Positions 61,756 to 64,000 of a stretch of 64,000 nucleotides of DNA are shown piece after piece (position 1 is the stretch's first letter; each line of letters starts with the position of its first letter). The position numbers and the translations under genes are program-made. The DNA is from Candidatus Latescibacterota bacterium (GTDB lineage: Bacteria > Latescibacterota > UBA2968 > UBA8231), in NCBI GenBank assembly GCA_965221775.1, contig CBDCSU010000005.1, positions 32,001-96,000 of the forward strand. The letters run 5' to 3'. The notes under the pieces are model-generated. The model made no database searches, was not told the DNA's origin, and saw only the letters and a program-made list of their open reading frames with translations.

Positions 61756-62679
61756 CTAGGCCTCCAGGGTGGAACGGTACGCGAGACCGGCGGCGACGGC
61801 GAAGGCGCCCGGCGGACGCCCGCTGCGCTCCAGCCCCCGGGAGGCCTCCGGCCGGCGGTCCAGGCCGCTGAAGGGGTCCAGGACGGCGACGCTGTCGGCG
61901 AGACCGGCCAGCCCCTCGGCGTGGGCGGGACCCTCGGGCCCGCTCAGCCACAGGGCGCGGGGCGGCTCTGCCCCGAGCTCTTCCTCCAGCATCTCCCCCA
62001 GGGGTCCCGCCAGGCCCTCGCCGCCGCGGCCGTCGGCTGGCAACACCCTCTCGGCCTCGTACTCCCCTTCGTGCAGCAGGACCGCCCGCGCCTGCCGGGC
62101 CTCGCCGTGGACGATGAGGTCGACGCCCTCGGCCGCCGACGGGCGGCTGCCCTCCAGGGCGTGGCACAGGGCGAAGGAGGCCATGTCGAACCCGGGGGCG
62201 TCGACGCCGGACTCCTCGCAGAGGGCGTTCCAGCGGGCCAGGAGCTCCCGGTGCGCCGCGGCGACGAAGCCGTGGCGCCGGGTCACGAGGTAGTCGACGA
62301 CGTAGTCGTCCAGGTCGTCGCCCAGGAGCTGACCCGCCTCCCAGCGCAGGTGGTCCCGGCTCGGCGCCTCCGCCCCCGGCAGCACCGGGCGGCGGCGGAG
62401 AAGGGTGGCCGCACCGCCCAGGGGGAGATAGGGCCGGCCCCGCGGCAGGCCGAGGTCCCGCAGCTGGCGCAGGGCCCCGGCCAGTCCGCGGCGGGCGTCC
62501 TCGTCGGCCAGGTCCTCCGGGAGGCGGGGCGCCTTCTCCAGGGCGGCGGCCGAGCAGTGGGTCAGGGACAGCCGGCCCCGGCGGCGGGTCAGCCCCACGG
62601 CGTACACGGCGTCGGCGCCGAAGTGGATCCCCGTGTGGTGAGTCGTTGCGCGCCAGCCGCGCACGGGAAGGGCCCTCAA
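61756..62679 (-). CDS. PilM-like (actin-fold) protein
   Basis: GIHFGADAVYAV N-terminus, D..SFAL, LWLSG, DPF, FAVAAGLA C-terminus; ATP-binding motifs degenerate. Confidence 0.6.
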   Translation of the reverse strand: MRALPVRGWRATTHHTGIHFGADAVYAVGLTRRRGRLSLTHCSAAALEKAPRLPEDLADEDARRGLAGALRQLRDLGLPRGRPYLPLGGAATLLRRRPVLPGAEAPSRDHLRWEAGQLLGDDLDDYVVDYLVTRRHGFVAAAHRELLARWNALCEESGVDAPGFDMASFALCHALEGSRPSAAEGVDLIVHGEARQARAVLLHEGEYEAERVLPADGRGGEGLAGPLGEMLEEELGAEPPRALWLSGPEGPAHAEGLAGLADSVAVLDPFSGLDRRPEASRGLERSGRPPGAFAVAAGLAYRSTLEA

Positions 62680-63053
62680 TCCGCCGTCACCAGGGGGCGG
62701 AGCCGCTCCACCGTGCGCGGCCCGATCCCCTTGACCGCGGTGAGGTCGTCGACGGCGGCGAAGGGGCCGTTGGCCTCGCGGTGGGCGATGATCGCCGCGG
62801 CCGTCTTCGGCCCGATGTGGGGCAGGCTCTCCAACTCGGTTCGGGTGGCCTGGTTGATGGAGACGATGGGCGGCGGGAGGTGGACGACCGACTCGGGAGC
62901 CGCGGGCGGCACTTCCACCGCCTGCGGGACGACGTGGAAGTCCTCGAGACGGTCGGGGCTGTGGTGATCGACGACGGCCACCGCCGAACCGACCAGCAGG
63001 GCGCCGCAGAGGAACAGCACCGCCACCTGCTCCTGGCGATTGAGGTGTATCAC
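62676..63053 (-). CDS. comEA: ComEA-like helix-hairpin-helix DNA-binding protein
   Basis: TM anchor; SINQATRTELESLPHIGPKTA..II..R...GPF..VDDL..VKGIG. Confidence 0.9.
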   Translation of the reverse strand: MIHLNRQEQVAVLFLCGALLVGSAVAVVDHHSPDRLEDFHVVPQAVEVPPAAPESVVHLPPPIVSINQATRTELESLPHIGPKTAAAIIAHREANGPFAAVDDLTAVKGIGPRTVERLRPLVTAD

Positions 63054-64000
63054 CTGAAGAACAGGGTCCCCCCCACCTTGACCTCGCGGACCTTGCGCGT
63101 TCGGCCGTTGTGGGGCTCGCGGTTTTCGAGGCGGATCAGGCCGGTGCCCCGGAAGCTCTCGCTGAAGTTGTAGGTGCCGTCGAGGCGCACCTCCCAGCGG
63201 TCGGTGGAGTCGAAGGGCACCAGCTCCTGCTCGCCCGTGGCGTTCTCCCGGGCCTGGCTCTCCAAGGTGAGGGCGAGCTTGAGGTCGAGGTTGCTCTTGA
63301 GGGTGCCGATGAGGGGCAGCTTCCGCGGCCTCAGCTTGTAGCGGGTCTCGAGGTTGGTGGAGCGCCGCTCGTTCACCCCGCGGCCCCGCAGCGGCGGGAG
63401 CTCGTCGGGGGAGGCCTGGCCGGCGGAGACGTCGGCCAGCTCGTAGTTGACCGACTCGTCCCGGCTCCGGCGCATCTCCAGGCGCGTCGTCGGGCCGATC
63501 CGCCACTGCCCGGTCCACGAGACGTTCCACTCCCGCTTGGTGCTCTCCTCCATCAGGTTGGCGGGATCGAGGCTGCCCTCGGCCTGCTCGGTCCGCGTCG
63601 ACTGCATGCGCACGTTGACCTGGGCGCTGTTGAGGTAGCGCCGCAGCAGCGGCACCCGGTCGGCCCTCGACCAGGACACGGCGAGGCCGGGATAGGTCAG
63701 TGAGCGCTCGACGCGGAGCCGGTTCTGGCTGCTGCCCGAGCGCCACGACACCTGCTCCTTGAAGGTCGGCTTGACGCTGAAGCCGAGGGGCAGCCGCAGC
63801 CCCGAGCCCAGGTCGGTATTGGCCGAGCGGTTCCAGCTGTCCGTCCGCGTCAGCCCGACGGCGCGCTGCTCGACGAGGAGGCTGTCCCCGAAGCCGAGCT
63901 GGTAGGCCAGGGGCGGACGCTCCACCAGGTTGTAGTTGCGGGCGTCGGTGTTGCGCCGCCAGGTGTAGCTGAAGGGCTCGACGTACGACGACGAGAAGTG
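63050..64000 (-). CDS. sprA: C-terminal part of a large beta-barrel, SprA (T9SS translocon)-like
   Basis: Open frame to the window edge; RPPLAYQLGF and amphipathic strands ending YNFSESFRG...VREVKVGGTLFFR, resembling SprA C-termini of non-Bacteroidota FCB bacteria (recalled, not searched). Confidence 0.6.
   Translation of the reverse strand, partial: HFSSSYVEPFSYTWRRNTDARNYNLVERPPLAYQLGFGDSLLVEQRAVGLTRTDSWNRSANTDLGSGLRLPLGFSVKPTFKEQVSWRSGSSQNRLRVERSLTYPGLAVSWSRADRVPLLRRYLNSAQVNVRMQSTRTEQAEGSLDPANLMEESTKREWNVSWTGQWRIGPTTRLEMRRSRDESVNYELADVSAGQASPDELPPLRGRGVNERRSTNLETRYKLRPRKLPLIGTLKSNLDLKLALTLESQARENATGEQELVPFDSTDRWEVRLDGTYNFSESFRGTGLIRLENREPHNGRTRKVREVKVGGTLFFR

Overview
High-GC bacterial DNA that appears to consist of two unrelated pieces joined at about nt 3000. 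Nt 1-3000 carries argG (partial), a uracil-DNA glycosylase, cobB and the 3' end of mutY, and looks alphaproteobacterial. Nt 3001-64000 looks like an FCB-group lineage such as Ca. Latescibacterota; this is inferred from SprA, FlgD-Ig/T9SS-like C-terminal domains, a 'STAV..W..IK' tail, and the sulfatase/PhyH/Gfo content. The main segment holds: a NatAB-type ABC transporter with a TAP-like peptidase; a porin-imelysin-diheme (DHOR) iron-uptake operon and feoAB, which share a palindromic operator; a sigma54-driven non-canonical psp operon whose two membrane partners share a C-terminal motif; a sigma54-controlled beta-glucan utilization locus with no SusC/D, built around a GH-A hydrolase fused to a predicted outer-membrane beta-barrel and controlled by a propeller-YYY-AAA+ activator that probably starts at ATT; a temptin-like CxxCH protein; a split-beta (thiocyanate hydrolase-type) cobalt nitrile hydratase; a small lower-GC accessory patch; and a sprA-comEA-pilM-like-coaD-obgE-dprA operon. 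I found no rRNA, tRNA, CRISPR array or intact mobile element. All product calls come from motif recognition by eye, not database searches.
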